This document shows positions 26,340 through 38,324 of a stretch of DNA of 64,000 nt, one piece after another. The translations under genes were made by a program, and so were the position numbers. Positions within the stretch are counted from its first letter, which is position 1. Every line of letters begins with the position of its first letter. The DNA is from Mobula hypostoma (lineage: Eukaryota), in contig NC_086097.1 of assembly GCF_963921235.1 (NCBI RefSeq), forward strand, positions 53,880,001 through 53,944,000. Reading direction: 5' to 3'. The notes under the pieces are model-generated. The model ran no database searches, was not told the DNA's origin, and saw nothing but the letters and a program-made list of their open reading frames with translations.

Positions 26340-26980
26340 TCCTCCTCCTTCAAAGAACAGGGTTTCCCTTCCTCCACTATTGATGTTGCCCTTACTCACA
26401 TCTCTTACATTTCTCAGACATCTGCACTCACCCCATCTTATTAAAGATAGAGTCCCTCTTGTCCTCACCCACCACCCCAAGTGCCTCCATGTCCAATACA
26501 TCATTCTTCACAACTGCCACCATCTTCAACAGGATCCTATAACCAAACGCATCTTTACCTCCCCCACTCCCTGCAGGGATAGCTCCCTCCATGATTCCCT
26601 TGTCCATTTGTCCCTCCCCACTGATCTCCCTCCTGGCACTTATCCCTGCAAGTGGCCAAAGTGCTACACATGCCCATTCACCTCCTCCCTCATCTCCATT
26701 CAGGGCCCCAAACAATCCCTCTAGGCGAGGCAACACTTACACCTGTGAATCCTATTTGGGTTGGCTACTGTATCTGGTGCTCCAGATGCAGCCTCTTCAC
26801 CTATCCCTTCCACATTGTCCCCCTTCTCCTCCCGTCACATTCTTATTCTGACATCTTCCCCCTTCCTTTCCAGATCTGATGAAGGTCTCAACCTGAAATG
26901 TCAGCTGTTTATTTATTTCCATAAATGCTGCATGACCTGCTAAGTTTCTCCAACATTTTGTGTATGTAGCTCTGGAATTA
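26340..26980 (+). mobile_element. Penelope-like fragment (linker/Cys region plus pLTR)
   Basis: DRVPLVLTHHP, PPGTYPCKWPKCYTCP, YCIWCSRC; pLTR end with hammerhead motif. Confidence 0.8.
26871..26907 (+). ncRNA. Minimal type-I hammerhead ribozyme motif, core intact
   Basis: cagat-CTGATGA-AGGT(ctca)ACCT-GAAA-TG-TC-agctg; stem II 4 bp, stem I 4 of 5 pairs. Confidence 0.65.
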
Positions 26981-27344
26981 TTGAATAAAAATCTGAAGAC
27001 TTGAAAGCAATTTATTTATTTACCTATATTTTATCTTTTTTTTAAATTCCCTAATTGCTTAAATAATTAAAATCATGAATATCAATCCTATTTGAAGTTT
27101 TCTTAATTATTCCCTATCAAAGGCAAATAAGGATAGTTCAAAGGTCTTTGAAACATCAAGTTGTCAAAAAGCCACCAGGTCATTTGGGATGGTGCCTCAG
27201 GCTAGACTGTCAGAGGACAAGTCTCTCACCAGCACTCTGCAGGAGGGTCTCCCAGATACAGAGTGTCAGCAGAGGGTTCTCCACATGAGGATCAACCTTT
27301 TATGGGCAGATGAGACCGGTTAAAAAAAATAATCAGAAATAGGA

Positions 27345-28065
27345 AACAACAGGAATTCTGCAGATGCTGGAAATTCAAGCAACATACATCAAAGTTGCTG
27401 GTGAACGCAGCAGGCCAGGCAGCATCTCTAGGAAGAGGCGCAGTCGACGTTTCAGGCCGAGACCCTTCGTCAGGACTAACTGAAGGAAGAGTGAGTAAGG
27501 GATTTGAAAGCTGGAGGGGGAGGGGGAGATGCAAAATGATAGGAGAAGACAGGAGGGGGAGGGATAGAGCCAAGAGCTGGACAGGTGATAGGCAAAAGGG
27601 ATATGAGAGGATCATGGGACAGGAGGCCTAGGGAGAAAGACGGGGGGGGGGTGACCCAGAGGATGGGCAAGAGGTATATTCAGAGGGACAGAGGGAGAAA
27701 AAGGAGAGTGAGAGAAAGAATGTGTGCATAAAAATGAGTAACAGATGGGGTACGAGGGGGAGGTGGGGCATTAGTGGAAGTTAGAGAAGTCGATGTTCAT
27801 GCCATCAGGTTGGAGGCTACCCAGAGGGAATATAAGGTGTTGTTCCTCCAACCTGAGTGTGGCTTCATCTTTACAGTAGAGGAGGCCGTGGATAGACATG
27901 TCAGAATGGGAATGGGATGTGGAATTAAAATGTGTGGCCACTGGGAGATCCTGCTTTCTCTGGCGGACAGAGCGTAGATGTTCAGCAAAGCGGTCTCCCA
28001 GTCTGCGTTGGGTCTCACCAATATATAAAAGGCCACATCGGGAGCACCGGATGCAGTATAAAAAT
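27345..28065 (-). mobile_element. Young Penelope-like 3' fragment with pLTR
   Basis: GIY-YIG region (YIGET...) and pLTR highly similar to 6503-7165 and 60757-61370; flanked by agaaatagga at 27335-27344 and 28066-28075. Confidence 0.9.
27442..27477 (-). ncRNA. Minimal type-I hammerhead ribozyme motif, core intact
   Basis: Minus strand agtc-CTGACGA-AGGGTCTCGGCCT-GAAACGTC-gact; palindromic ACGT in place of stem III. Confidence 0.75.
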
Positions 28066-28550
28066 AGAAATAGGAGCAGGATTGACCACCCAGCCCTTCA
28101 AGTCAGCTGCACCATTTAACAAAACCATGGCCAGTTTTCTATTTCAGGATTGTGTTCCAGCACTATATCCTTAAACCTTGATTCCCTGAAGATCCAGAAA
28201 TCTGGTAATCCGAATTTTAACGAATGCAGTGTCTGAGCTTCTACAACTCCTCACATCCCCAAACCCCTGAAGCAGAAAGCTCCAAAGGATCATCAACCTC
28301 AGAATGAAAAAAAATTCTCACCGTCTCAGTCTTAAACAATTTAGGTCCTGGTCTAAAAGTATGCCACAGTTCCAGGCTCATCATCCTTGGATGGCATCCT
28401 CCCTACATCTAACAAGTGAAACTTTTTAAGAATTTTGTAAGTTTTACACAATCTCCCCCAATTCTTTGAAAATAGAATAAATAATCCCAATCTATTTAAC
28501 CTTGCTGCATCTGACAAACCCACCATCCTCGTAACCAGTGCAGTAATTCT
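28066..28550 (-). mobile_element. Old CR1 3' fragment
   Basis: RLNRLGLF...KTYKILK in minus ORF; CR1 tail agaaataggagcagg. Confidence 0.65.
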
Positions 28551-28749
28551 TGCAGGGCAATGATCACACCAACAAAAAACAATTACACAGCTGAAGCAGA
28601 AATTCTTCGTCACCACACGGTCTGGAACCGAGAACCTGGGAGATGATGCGCAAGGAGCAGCAGCACCACCTAGCTTTGGAAGAACTGGAAAGGTATGTTT
28701 ATAAAGGTTGCAAACACAGGTACGATGCAGTCAGTGTAACACCAAAGCT

Positions 28750-29145
28750 CAAAGCAAATCCATTATCAAAATACACACGTCACCCTGAGATTCATTTTCT
28801 TACGGGCATACACTACAAATCCCGAATAGAATAATAACCATAATAGAATCAACGAAAGACCGCACCAACTTGGATGCTCAGCCAGAGGGCAAAGGACAGC
28901 AAACAGTACAAATACTTAAAGAAAAAGTATTAGTAATAAATATGGAGAACATGAGATGAAGAGTCCTTGAAAGTTAATCCATAGATGGTAGGAACATTTC
29001 AATAATTGGGCAAGGTGAAGTTGAATGAAGTTGTCCCTTTTGTTTCAAGAGCCTGATGGTTGAGGACAACTGTTCCTGAACCTGGGGTGTGAGTCCAGAG
29101 GCTCCTGTACCTTCTTCCTTATGGCAGCAGTGAGAAGGGAGCAAT
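28750..29145 (-). mobile_element. Rex1/Babar 3' tail
   Basis: STIRLL C-terminus plus tail homologous to 21690-22013. Confidence 0.65.
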
Positions 29146-29221
29146 ATGTAAATTGACAGGAAATGAAAGCTGCAGATCATGATCAGTTTCAGTACAGTGT
29201 ATTGTGCTGCTTAGGGCACAA

Positions 29222-29615
29222 AACTCAATTGTTGGCACTCTTGACTAAGGATAAGAGTCCTGGGGAAGCCCCCTACAGAAGCTTTGCACCATTAAAAAAA
29301 AGCAAGGCTCAGGCTCCAGTGCAGTACTGAAGAAGTCCTGCAAGTTGTGCATGCCATTATTTATATTAGATATTAAACCTATCTGTCCTGCCATATCAGC
29401 TATTTATTTTAAAAAATAGTGCATTTTCAAGGCGAGGCTTTCCCCTGTTATTTCAGCCTATGCTCATCTTTCAATTAACATCAATTTGAAGGAGCTCGTT
29501 GTGTGCAAACTGGCTGCTGTCTTTCCTACATTACATCAGGGTATTCACTCAAAGTTACTATGCTGCTTGTGACTATAGTCTCAAAGATCAAGGAAGGGAA
29601 ATAAAAAGCATTATG
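29222..29615 (+). mobile_element. Ancient Deu-domain SINE (SacSINE1/AmnSINE1-like)
   Basis: ccagtgcagtactga...gatattaaacc and gttgtgtgcaaactggctgctgtctttcctacattaca match the Deu-SINE consensus as recalled. Confidence 0.6.
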
Positions 29616-30504
29616 AAAAAATTCATATCCATTTCTCCTTTATGGTCAGAGGTATTCAGTTGTAACAAGTTCTAATCTTATGAAGTAATTAACTGGAATT
29701 TCCAGTTAAACTTTAGACAACGATTTAACTTTCTGTAAAGATATGATGGTATATTTTCACCCAAGCATTTAACTATCTCACTGTACTTAGTGAAAAATAT
29801 ACAGGCAAGGGCTACTCAAAATAAGCAGAATATGAGACTTGGCTGCCTTGACTCATCTACTGAAAACATAAACCAAAGTCAAAGTAAATTTATTATCAAA
29901 GTATGCATATGTTATCATATACAAACTTGAGATTTCTAGGAAAATAAAAATATACAATATACTTTAAAAAAAACTATACACAAGCAACCAGCATGCAAAT
30001 GACGACAAATTGTATGAATTAAAAAAGTAAGCAATACCGAGACATGAGTTACGAAGTCCTTGAAAGTGAGCATGTAATTTGTAGAACAGAGCAATGAGGA
30101 AATTCTAGAGAGTTACAAGCTTCAAATGTATGGATTTGCCTCAACAGACATGGAACTTAGCAGATTTTCCTTGAAGATGTATATATCTTGCCATTTGTCT
30201 CATTTTAAGTATTAATATTGGAATATTTTGATTTCCTACCTCCTGGCAAAGCTTAATTGTTGTACAAACCTTTGTAAATAGCAACAATTCTATGCCCAGA
30301 CTGGAGATGATTGGTTAACAGATCCATCAATCATGTCTATTGCCTGCATGATCGTTAGTGACAGAATTAATATCTACACCTCATCGGTATGCAACTGTCC
30401 TCCATTCAATGCATTTTCAAAAAATTATCATTTTTTTAAAAAATCAGAAGCAAATGCAGTAGCATTGTCATGGTTTGGTTTATTCTGCTCTGTAGAGAAA
30501 CACT

Positions 30505-30705
30505 TCAGGCATGACAGCATAGCAATTAATGCAATGCTATTACAGTACTAGGATTTGGGTTCAATTTCATTGCTCTAAGCAGTTAGTACATTCTCTCCAT
30601 GACTGCACGGTTTCCTCCCACATTCTAAAGACGTGTGGGTTGCTCACGTGGTGTAATTAGGAAGCATGGACTGGAAGGAGTTGTTACCATGCTGTGTTTC
30701 CAAAA
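30505..30705 (+). mobile_element. Decayed V-SINE-like SINE
   Basis: gggttcaatt B-box-like motif; cggtttcctcccacattctaaagacgtg core. Confidence 0.6.
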
Positions 30706-31204
30706 AAGGTAAGTTTTGACTTTGTCTCTTACACACAATTGTCTGCTTTAACTTCAGCCACAAACCCTGCCTCACCTACAACTCATTGTCTCCTCCCCAA
30801 GAGATATTGATAAAGAAGATATCCTGCTGGTTGATGTTTCCACTCAGGCTTTGAATAACCCCATTTGCCTTGGTGTGCTACTGTCAACAACTTTGTGGGC
30901 AAAATGTTTTCAGCCAAAACGCGCAGGATCTAATAAGCAGCAGATGCTTTTAAATACCAAGCAACGGCAGTTCCCACTCAAGTCAGAGAGGATGAGCCCT
31001 TTCAAAACATAGTTTTGGGCAACATGCAACCACCAAATTTAATTTCAAATGATAAAATAAATAACTTTTTTTTATATAACTAACAATAATTAAACGAGGC
31101 TTTCTTGCAAGTATTTCAAATGATTTGGTGTCATCACCATGAGTAAAAGCTGATGCAAAGTTTTCTTTTAACTGTCCATTGCAACATGATCACACACAAG
31201 GCTT

Positions 31205-31995
31205 TTAAGGTCAAGTTCAATTATCATCCAACCACACATCAATGCAACCAAATGAAATATCGTCCCTCCAGGGTCAAGGTGCAAAACACAGCAGCGACAG
31301 TCATACACTGCACAAGGCACAAACATAATAGCAGTAACACAATAGTCACACAAAAAAATATATAGCCCAACTCCCTGAGTGACACGTCCTGTAAACTGAT
31401 AGTGCATGGGTGTTATCTGCAAGAGCAAGCAGCTCTCAGCAGTCCGCGGATGAGAGTACGCAGGCGTGCGATCCAGCTTGTCTTCTGCCGAGCGAACTCG
31501 GGAGAGCAACAACAGGAGGGGCCAATGCCCAACCCAGCATGGATGCTGAGCTACACCACCTCTAGTGTCTCCCCTCCTAGACTGCTGCAACAGACAAGCC
31601 TGTGGCAGGAGGCCTAATCCTCGCTACAACAAAGGCCAAGCAGCTCCCCACCGTCTGTCTCACCGCTAAACCAGTGAGCCAGACTTGCAACATTTTACAT
31701 TACCAATTGTCCAACAGGGGCTCACGATCACAAGAAAAACATCCACGACAGTCACTCACTGTTAGACCACACACTACCCTTGTGCACCGACTCCGATACC
31801 TCTCTGTAGCAACCAGCAACACAGCCCCCACCAAATCCAGCTCCTCCACTATCAAGGGGCTCACTGATGGGATAGACCTGCAGTACTGATTGTCCAGCAT
31901 TGTGATGCAATTGTAAAAAAAATTAAAAGACAAAAACACCTTTGTTTGGCCCCAGAGAGGCTGTTGCATCTAAGAATGACAACACCTTACCTGAA
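31205..31995 (-). mobile_element. Non-coding non-autonomous repeat with LINE-like tail
   Basis: Tail (31205-31290) is the reverse complement of the tail at 23395-23488; GC-richer body. Confidence 0.5.
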
Positions 31996-33119
31996 AGATC
32001 AAATTAATAATGTGACAGAAAGTTAGCATGCATAAATTATGATAAAGTTCTTACATATTGCAATCATATGCTGACTTCAAACACTTTGCAACATAAGATA
32101 TTAAGAGATTAGTACACTGACTAATAATCGCTGTCTAGCCCAGAGCATGAAGGCAGTATCCTTTTTGCTTACCATCAGCAAAATAAAGGGCAAGATCTAA
32201 ATTTAGGATTGCTTTTCAAACCTTCAACATCTCTAAGCATCATCTTTTCACGAATGTAGATTGTAACTAAATGGAGTTTAATATTACTTCATATTTGGCT
32301 TTAAAGTGCAAGTTATCAACAAAGTGATTATTATTATTTGATGATAGAGGAAGAAAACCACAGAAACTTTCAATACCCACTGCCCCTCTCAGCTGTCCCT
32401 TGAGTAAAGATGGTACCAGTATCAATGAGACTGTAGCGTTCCAGGATATTTGGAAATAAAAATCAACCCACAGAATATTGCATTTCCAGCCAAGCGGAGA
32501 TAGCTACTCAGGGTAGAAACAACTGAAAACTAATGACTGACCTGGATATTTTCTATACACCAAGTGTTGACAGAAATACACAGCTACTGAAATGACCCCT
32601 TACAGTTTTCTCACCATGCTAAATATATCATGCACAATGCATTCTTTGTAACATGTTTATAAATGAAACCTGCAGTAATTTGGCAGCAGTTGAAATTCTT
32701 CTTGTCTCCTAATCAGTTCAATCAAACACAGCAGTTTAGAAGAAGCTGGGAAATCATTAATGGAGCACACCTGTTTGATGGAATCATGTAAAAAACGGAG
32801 CCAATCTTTATTCCTTCAACAGGTGAAAGTGTTCCAACAACTGCACATTGAGAAAGGTTGCAGAACTCCCAGATCCAAATGAAATTATACCCAAATCCAG
32901 ATTATAATTAGGATCAGCTGACAAAGGCTAATATACAAAATACTTTTATTAGAAATTATTCTGAATCCATATATATTCACAGAAATAGTCCACTGTATTG
33001 AGTCAAGTCAGGCATATCACCTAACCTTTTACAAACCTCTTTAAATAATGTAATTACTTAGAGGAACATTATTAAAAATTCTATTTGGAATCAAATTCAA
33101 ACGTCTTAAATTAAAAACT

Positions 33120-33500
33120 GCAGGCCATGGATCACAAATATTGTAAATCACCGCAATCCAAAAAGACCAGCACTTGCTACCACCAGGTTCAGGAATACTT
33201 ATTACACTTCAACCATCCAGCTCCTGAACCAGCATGGATAGCTTCACTCACCTCAACTGATTCGACAACCTATGGACTCTACAACACATATCCTCAGTAT
33301 TATTTATGTACATTTATATATTTTTATTTGCACTGTTAGTCTTCTTTTGCATATTGGTTGGTTGTCAGTATCCGTGTGTAGTTTTTCGTTGATTTTATTG
33401 TATTTCTCTGTTCTACCGTGAATGCCTGCGAGAAAATGAATCTCAAGGTAATATATGGTAACGTACTTAGAGAATAAATTTACCTTCAATTTTGATCTTC
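33120..33500 (+). mobile_element. Rex1/Babar 3' tail
   Basis: caccaggttcaggaa...accatccagctcctgaacc; ends aataaatttaccttcaattttga. Confidence 0.65.
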
Positions 33501-34204
33501 CAAATTTGTTCCCTTAAGGGAATTTCTATATAATAATCTTTCATGTCAATATGCCTCATTGTAGCATCTCAGCAGAAGGTTCTGTTAAGTGATCCACATA
33601 ACTGTGTCTTTTTGATCTACAAACACAGCTTATCAGCCACAGTGGATGAAGCCAGCAAAGATAGTGGCAAATATTTATAGTTATCTATTTGTATAAAAAT
33701 GTTGTCATCTGTCATACTTCAAAGTATCAGAAGTATACTTAAATGTAAGCAGACATCTCATGTTTTTTTCAGAACTGAAGCTAGAGATTTACAGGCATGG
33801 TTTAATTTGTAACTTCCTTTGCTGAACAGTAGTTAAACGTGATTGGGATTCTCTGTGTTTACTAAAAGAAAGACTTTGTAGTCTTAAATAGGACTATTTA
33901 AACAGAGCGTCACCTTACCAGCAGAAGCAGCTCTGTTTATTGAATGGTAAAAGTGAAAATTTCTCGAAATATTCTAAATATTGAGAACCTGGCACCAAGA
34001 TGTCAGTGGTAAATCTGCAAACAGAAGTGTTCAGGGTAATCACTAGAGTTTAAACTATCTTACTTTGCACAGATATGATTTCTGAAAGCAGTTGTTTCAG
34101 GCCCAGAGAACCACTGTAAGTTCAGAGCAGCATCCTAGGCACAATTTTCTTCAAATGATTTAACACGTCAGCAGTGCTATTGTTCACCAAAAACTTTCAA
34201 CGGT

Positions 34205-34485
34205 AAAGATTAGTTCTATTTGAACACATACATATATCAAAACATTCACAGTGAAATGCACCGTTTCCATCGTCAAATCAGTAAGGACAGTGCTGGGCAG
34301 CCTGCACGTGTCGCCACGCTTCAGTAGCTCGCCCACAACTCAGTAACCCTGACCATACGTCTTCAAAATGAGGGAAGAAACTGGAACATTCACAGGGAGA
34401 ACATACAAACTCCGCACAGACAGCAGTAGGATTCAAATACGGATTCAACAGCTGGTGCTGTAAGGTGTTGTGCTAACTGCTATTC
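34205..34485 (-). mobile_element. V-SINE-like SINE
   Basis: Reverse complement of the family at 51390-51695 (acagggagaacatacaaactcc). Confidence 0.65.
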
Positions 34486-34673
34486 TACTGAATCACCCAT
34501 CTCTGTTTACAATTCCCCAGGGCATGCTTATTTACGTATTCCCTTTTTGAGATCTGGAACTTAGAAAGGTCAGCAGTTATTATCCATTCCCGATTGTCCT
34601 GCAAACGATGGGAACAACCCATTCATAAGCACTTAGACCCAGACAACGTCCGGACGCAAATGAGATATTGCAC

Positions 34674-35792
34674 AGAATCAGAATCAAGTTTAGTATCATT
34701 GGCATATGTTGTGAAATTTTTTGCAGCAACAGTACATTGCAATACATAATAATAAAGATAACTCTAAATTACAATAAGAAGTATGTACAGCCGGTGGTGT
34801 AGTGGCATCCGCACAGGATTCGAAGTGAGTGGTTGAAACCCGGCTGGCTCCTTGCACACTTTCCACCCGTGCTGGGTTAGGCATCGAGCCAGCAGCTCAG
34901 CCTCGTCTTTAAAAAACAGACAATTGCTCAAGAAATGGCAAAGGTTGCCACCTGATATGCCACAAGGTATGGAGAGAAACAACAATAACAATAACTGCAT
35001 ATAAAAAATAAATTATATAGTGCAAAAAGAGAGACAAGATAGTGAGGAAGTGTTCATGGGTTCATTGTCTATTCAGATGTCTGATGGTGGAGGGGAAGAA
35101 GCTGTTCCTGAAACGTTGAGTGTATGTCATCAGGCTCCTGTATCTCCTCCCTGATGAAGAGGGCATGTCCTGGATGATGGGGGTCCTCAATGATAGATGC
35201 CACCTTTTTGGGGCATTGCCCTTTGAAAGTATCCTCGATGCAGGGGAGGCTAGTACCCATGATGGACGTGACTGAGTTTACAACTTCCTGCAGCTCTTTC
35301 TGATCCTTTGAAGTGGCTGCTCCATCCAGGCGGTGATACAACCAGTAGAATGCTCTCCCCAGTACATTCATAGGCATTTTCAAGAGCCTTTGATGACAGG
35401 GCAAATCTCTTCAAACTCCAAACGAAATATATCTGTTGTCTTGCCTTCTTTGTAGTTGCACCAATATGTTGGGCCCCAGATAGATCGTCAGAGATGTTGA
35501 CACCCAGGAAACCGCTCACCTTTCCACTGCTGATCCCTCGATGAGGACTGGTGTGTGTTCCCTCGACTCTTCCTTCCTGAAGTCCACAATCAGTTCCTTG
35601 GTCTTACTGATGCTGAGTGCAAGGTTGTTGTGACACCACTCAACCAGCTGATCTATCTTGCTCCTGTACCTCTCTTCATCACCATCTGAAATTCCACCAA
35701 CAATGGTTGTGTCATTGGCAGGTTTACAGATGGCATTTGATCTGTGCCTGTCCACACTGTCATGGGTACAGAGAGAGTAGTGCAGTCGACTA
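34674..35792 (-). mobile_element. Rex1/Babar 3' fragment
   Basis: NDTTIVG...EWCHNNLALSISKTKELIVDFRK, FLGVNISDDLS, SIIEDPHHPGHALF; (ctgatt) tail at 34674. Confidence 0.85.
34790..34993 (+). mobile_element. Short tRNA-derived SINE with (ACA)n tail nested in the Rex tail
   Basis: A box tggtgtagtgg, B-box-like ggttgaaacc, tail aaacaacaataacaa. Confidence 0.7.
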
Positions 35793-36449
35793 GTGCAGGG
35801 AGATGAGGTTGAGTACAGGGCTACTGTAGGAAACTTTGTCACATGGTGTGAGCAGAATTATCTGCAGCTTAATGTGAAAAAGACTAAGGAGCTGGTGGTA
35901 GACCTGAGGAGAGCTAAGGTACCGGTGACCCCTGTTTTCATCCAGGGGGTCAGTGTGGACATGGTGGAGGATTACAAATACCTGGGGATACGAATTGACA
36001 ATAAACTGGACTGATCAAAGAACACTGAGGCTGTCTACAAGAAGGGTCAGAGCCGTCTCTATTTCCTGAGGAGACTGAGGTCCTTTAACATCTGCCGGAC
36101 GATGCTGAGGATGTTCTACGAGTCTGTGGTGGCCAGTGCTATCATGTTTGCTGTTGTGTGCTGGGGCAGCAGGCTGAGGGCGGCAGACACCAACAGAATC
36201 AACAAACTTATTCGAAAGGCCAGTGATGTTGTGGGGATAGAACTGGACTCTCTCACGGTGGTGTCTGAAAAGAGGATGTTGTCTAAGTTGCATGTCATCT
36301 TGGTCAATGTCTCCCATCCACTACATAATGTACTGGGTGGGCACAGGAGTACATTCAGCCAGAGACACATTCCTCCGAGATGCAGCACAGAGCGTCATAG
36401 GAAGTCATTCCTGCCTGTGGCCATCAAACTTTACAACTCCTCCCTATAG
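35793..36449 (+). mobile_element. Young Rex1 RT C-terminal fragment (different subfamily)
   Basis: WCEQNYLQLNVKKTKELVVDLRR...YKYLG...KLD*SKNT...RHRKSFLPVAIKLYN; one TGA at 36012-36014 in an otherwise open frame. Confidence 0.9.
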
Positions 36450-36759
36450 GGCTGCAGCACCGCATCCAAAATGATGGAGGTTAGCCATGCTTCCACGAAG
36501 CAAAGTAGGTAGCAGTCCTTGATGTCCGTCTGGTACATCTGTAGCCTTCAATTTTCTTTTCCAGAGAGTATACATTCACCAAAAGGATAGACGGGAGTGG
36601 GGATCTGAAGCCTCTACATTTCAATCATACCTGTAGATCAACATGCCTTCCCCACTTCTATTTTCTTAAAAGGGAACTGCACTCACGACCCCAAGTCTGC
36701 TGTCCGAGATCCGCCAATTTTGAGTATTGATAGATTTTTAACCTCTTAAAACAATGTTG

Positions 36760-37075
36760 CTTGTGTTGGCGCATGGCCAAGTGGTTAAGGCGTTCGTCCA
36801 GTGATCTGAAGGTCGCTAGTTCAAGCCTTGGCTGAGGCAGCGTGCTGCGTCCTTGAGCAAAGCACTTAACCACACATTGCTCTGCGACGACACCGGTGCC
36901 AAGCTGTATGGGTCCTAATACCCTTCCCTTGGACAACATCAGTGGCATGGAGAGGGGAGACTTGCAGCATGGGCAACTGCCGGTCCTCCATACAACCATG
37001 TCCAGGCCTACACCCTGGAAACCTTCCAAGGCGCAAATCCATGGTCTCATGAGACTAACGGATGCCTATATAAAA
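36760..37075 (+). mobile_element. Full-length tRNA-derived SINE with CORE-like central motif
   Basis: A box tggccaagtgg, B box agttcaagcc, gtccttgagcaaagcacttaac; 12-bp TSD aaaacaatgttg at 36748-36759 and 37076-37087. Confidence 0.9.
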
Positions 37076-37120
37076 AAAACAATGTTGTTAACTGAGAGGC
37101 AGGCAGATCATCAGCATCAT

Positions 37121-37354
37121 TGATGCACCATCAATAACTCCAAAAGACTGGAAGTAGAGTAAATACTGAAAGGCTTTTATTAGCAGTAAAATGTGACCTC
37201 CAGCATGCTGAGTATCTGCCCCTGGACTGAGAGGAGGAGCCAAGGCCCAATCGCCTTTATTCAGGGGTCTGTGGGAGGAGTCACAGGGGCAGTCAGCAGG
37301 GGGGTGTGTCCAGACAGGTAACCCAGTTACAACATATAAATATGGTTTACCACA
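37121..37354 (-). mobile_element. Solo LTR (234 bp), probably Gypsy-type
   Basis: TG...CA ends, AATAAA on the minus strand near 37176-37181, perfect 5-bp TSD atcat at 37116-37120 and 37355-37359. Confidence 0.85.
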
Positions 37355-38039
37355 ATCATCCAGCAAGCTAGTGATGAATATTAGACTAATAATGGATAAA
37401 TGTAAAACAATAAGCAGCTCCAGTAGGAGTCTAATCACCTCTCCTTCATTCTGAGCAAAAGTACCATCAGCAAGTCTCCTGTCACTTTAGGAACAATGAC
37501 TAACCAGAATCTCAGCCTGACCAGCTAACGAAAAGGCATGGTTAGAAGAACAGAATTTTATAAAATAGTATTCCTCTCATTATAAAACAACATACCTACC
37601 ACAGTGTGCAAGGTGGTTGTTGGAATAAGCAATTTATTCAAGTTCTAATTGTTGAGTTATATGAAGTTGTCATCATGATCCACTTAACCACACTTGTCTT
37701 TCATTGTTTTTGCTATTAACAGCTTCCTTAGTATTTCTAATCCTTTGCCAATGGAATTCTCACCTGAAATATTATGTGGATTCTACATTCCTATCTGTCT
37801 ATTAGATAGACTTTAATTTCCTGAAACATAAAGAAATGTAAGTATTTCCATGAACAACAACTGGGTTTTGGGCAAATGTAATCCATTCACTTCTCTGAAT
37901 ATCTATCAACTGGAAAATGTGAAGAAATCTCCCGTCTAAATTTTTGTTGTAAACAACTTGAAAATATTTTTGTATTAATACGGCAGTTCTGGACAGAGAA
38001 TTCCTTAATCATGCTAAAAAGTGAAGTTAGTTAGTTCTA

Positions 38040-38174
38040 ACCAGTCCTAATGAAGAGTCTCTGCCCAAAACATCGACTATTTAATCTTTTCCATCGATGC
38101 TGCCTGGCCTGCTGCGTTCATCCAGCATTTTGTGCATGTTGCTTTGGATTTCCAGCATCAGCAGATTTTCTCTT
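38040..38174 (+). mobile_element. pLTR-only Penelope mini-insertion (135 bp)
   Basis: Begins at a decayed hammerhead motif (agtc-ctaatga...aaaacatc-gact); 10-bp TSD gttagttcta at 38030-38039 and 38175-38184. Confidence 0.8.
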
Positions 38175-38324
38175 GTTAGTTCTATGCACTCTCTTTTTAG
38201 TTGATTTCACTTACAAAAACTGATAATAGATACTGCACTGATTAGCTGCCATTATCTAAGAATCACTATGATGTGACTTTGGATGTAGCTCAACTCAGAA
38301 ATAGCGATATTAGTAAAGATCATG

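Noticed and set aside
28591..28692. Exon-like open segment ending GAAAG|gtatgt
   Set aside because: Weak acceptor; the sequence resembles a decayed CR1 3' region (KFF...VWN...LERY)
36765..36840. tRNA gene candidate
   Set aside because: It is the head of a TSD-flanked SINE; no complete cloverleaf
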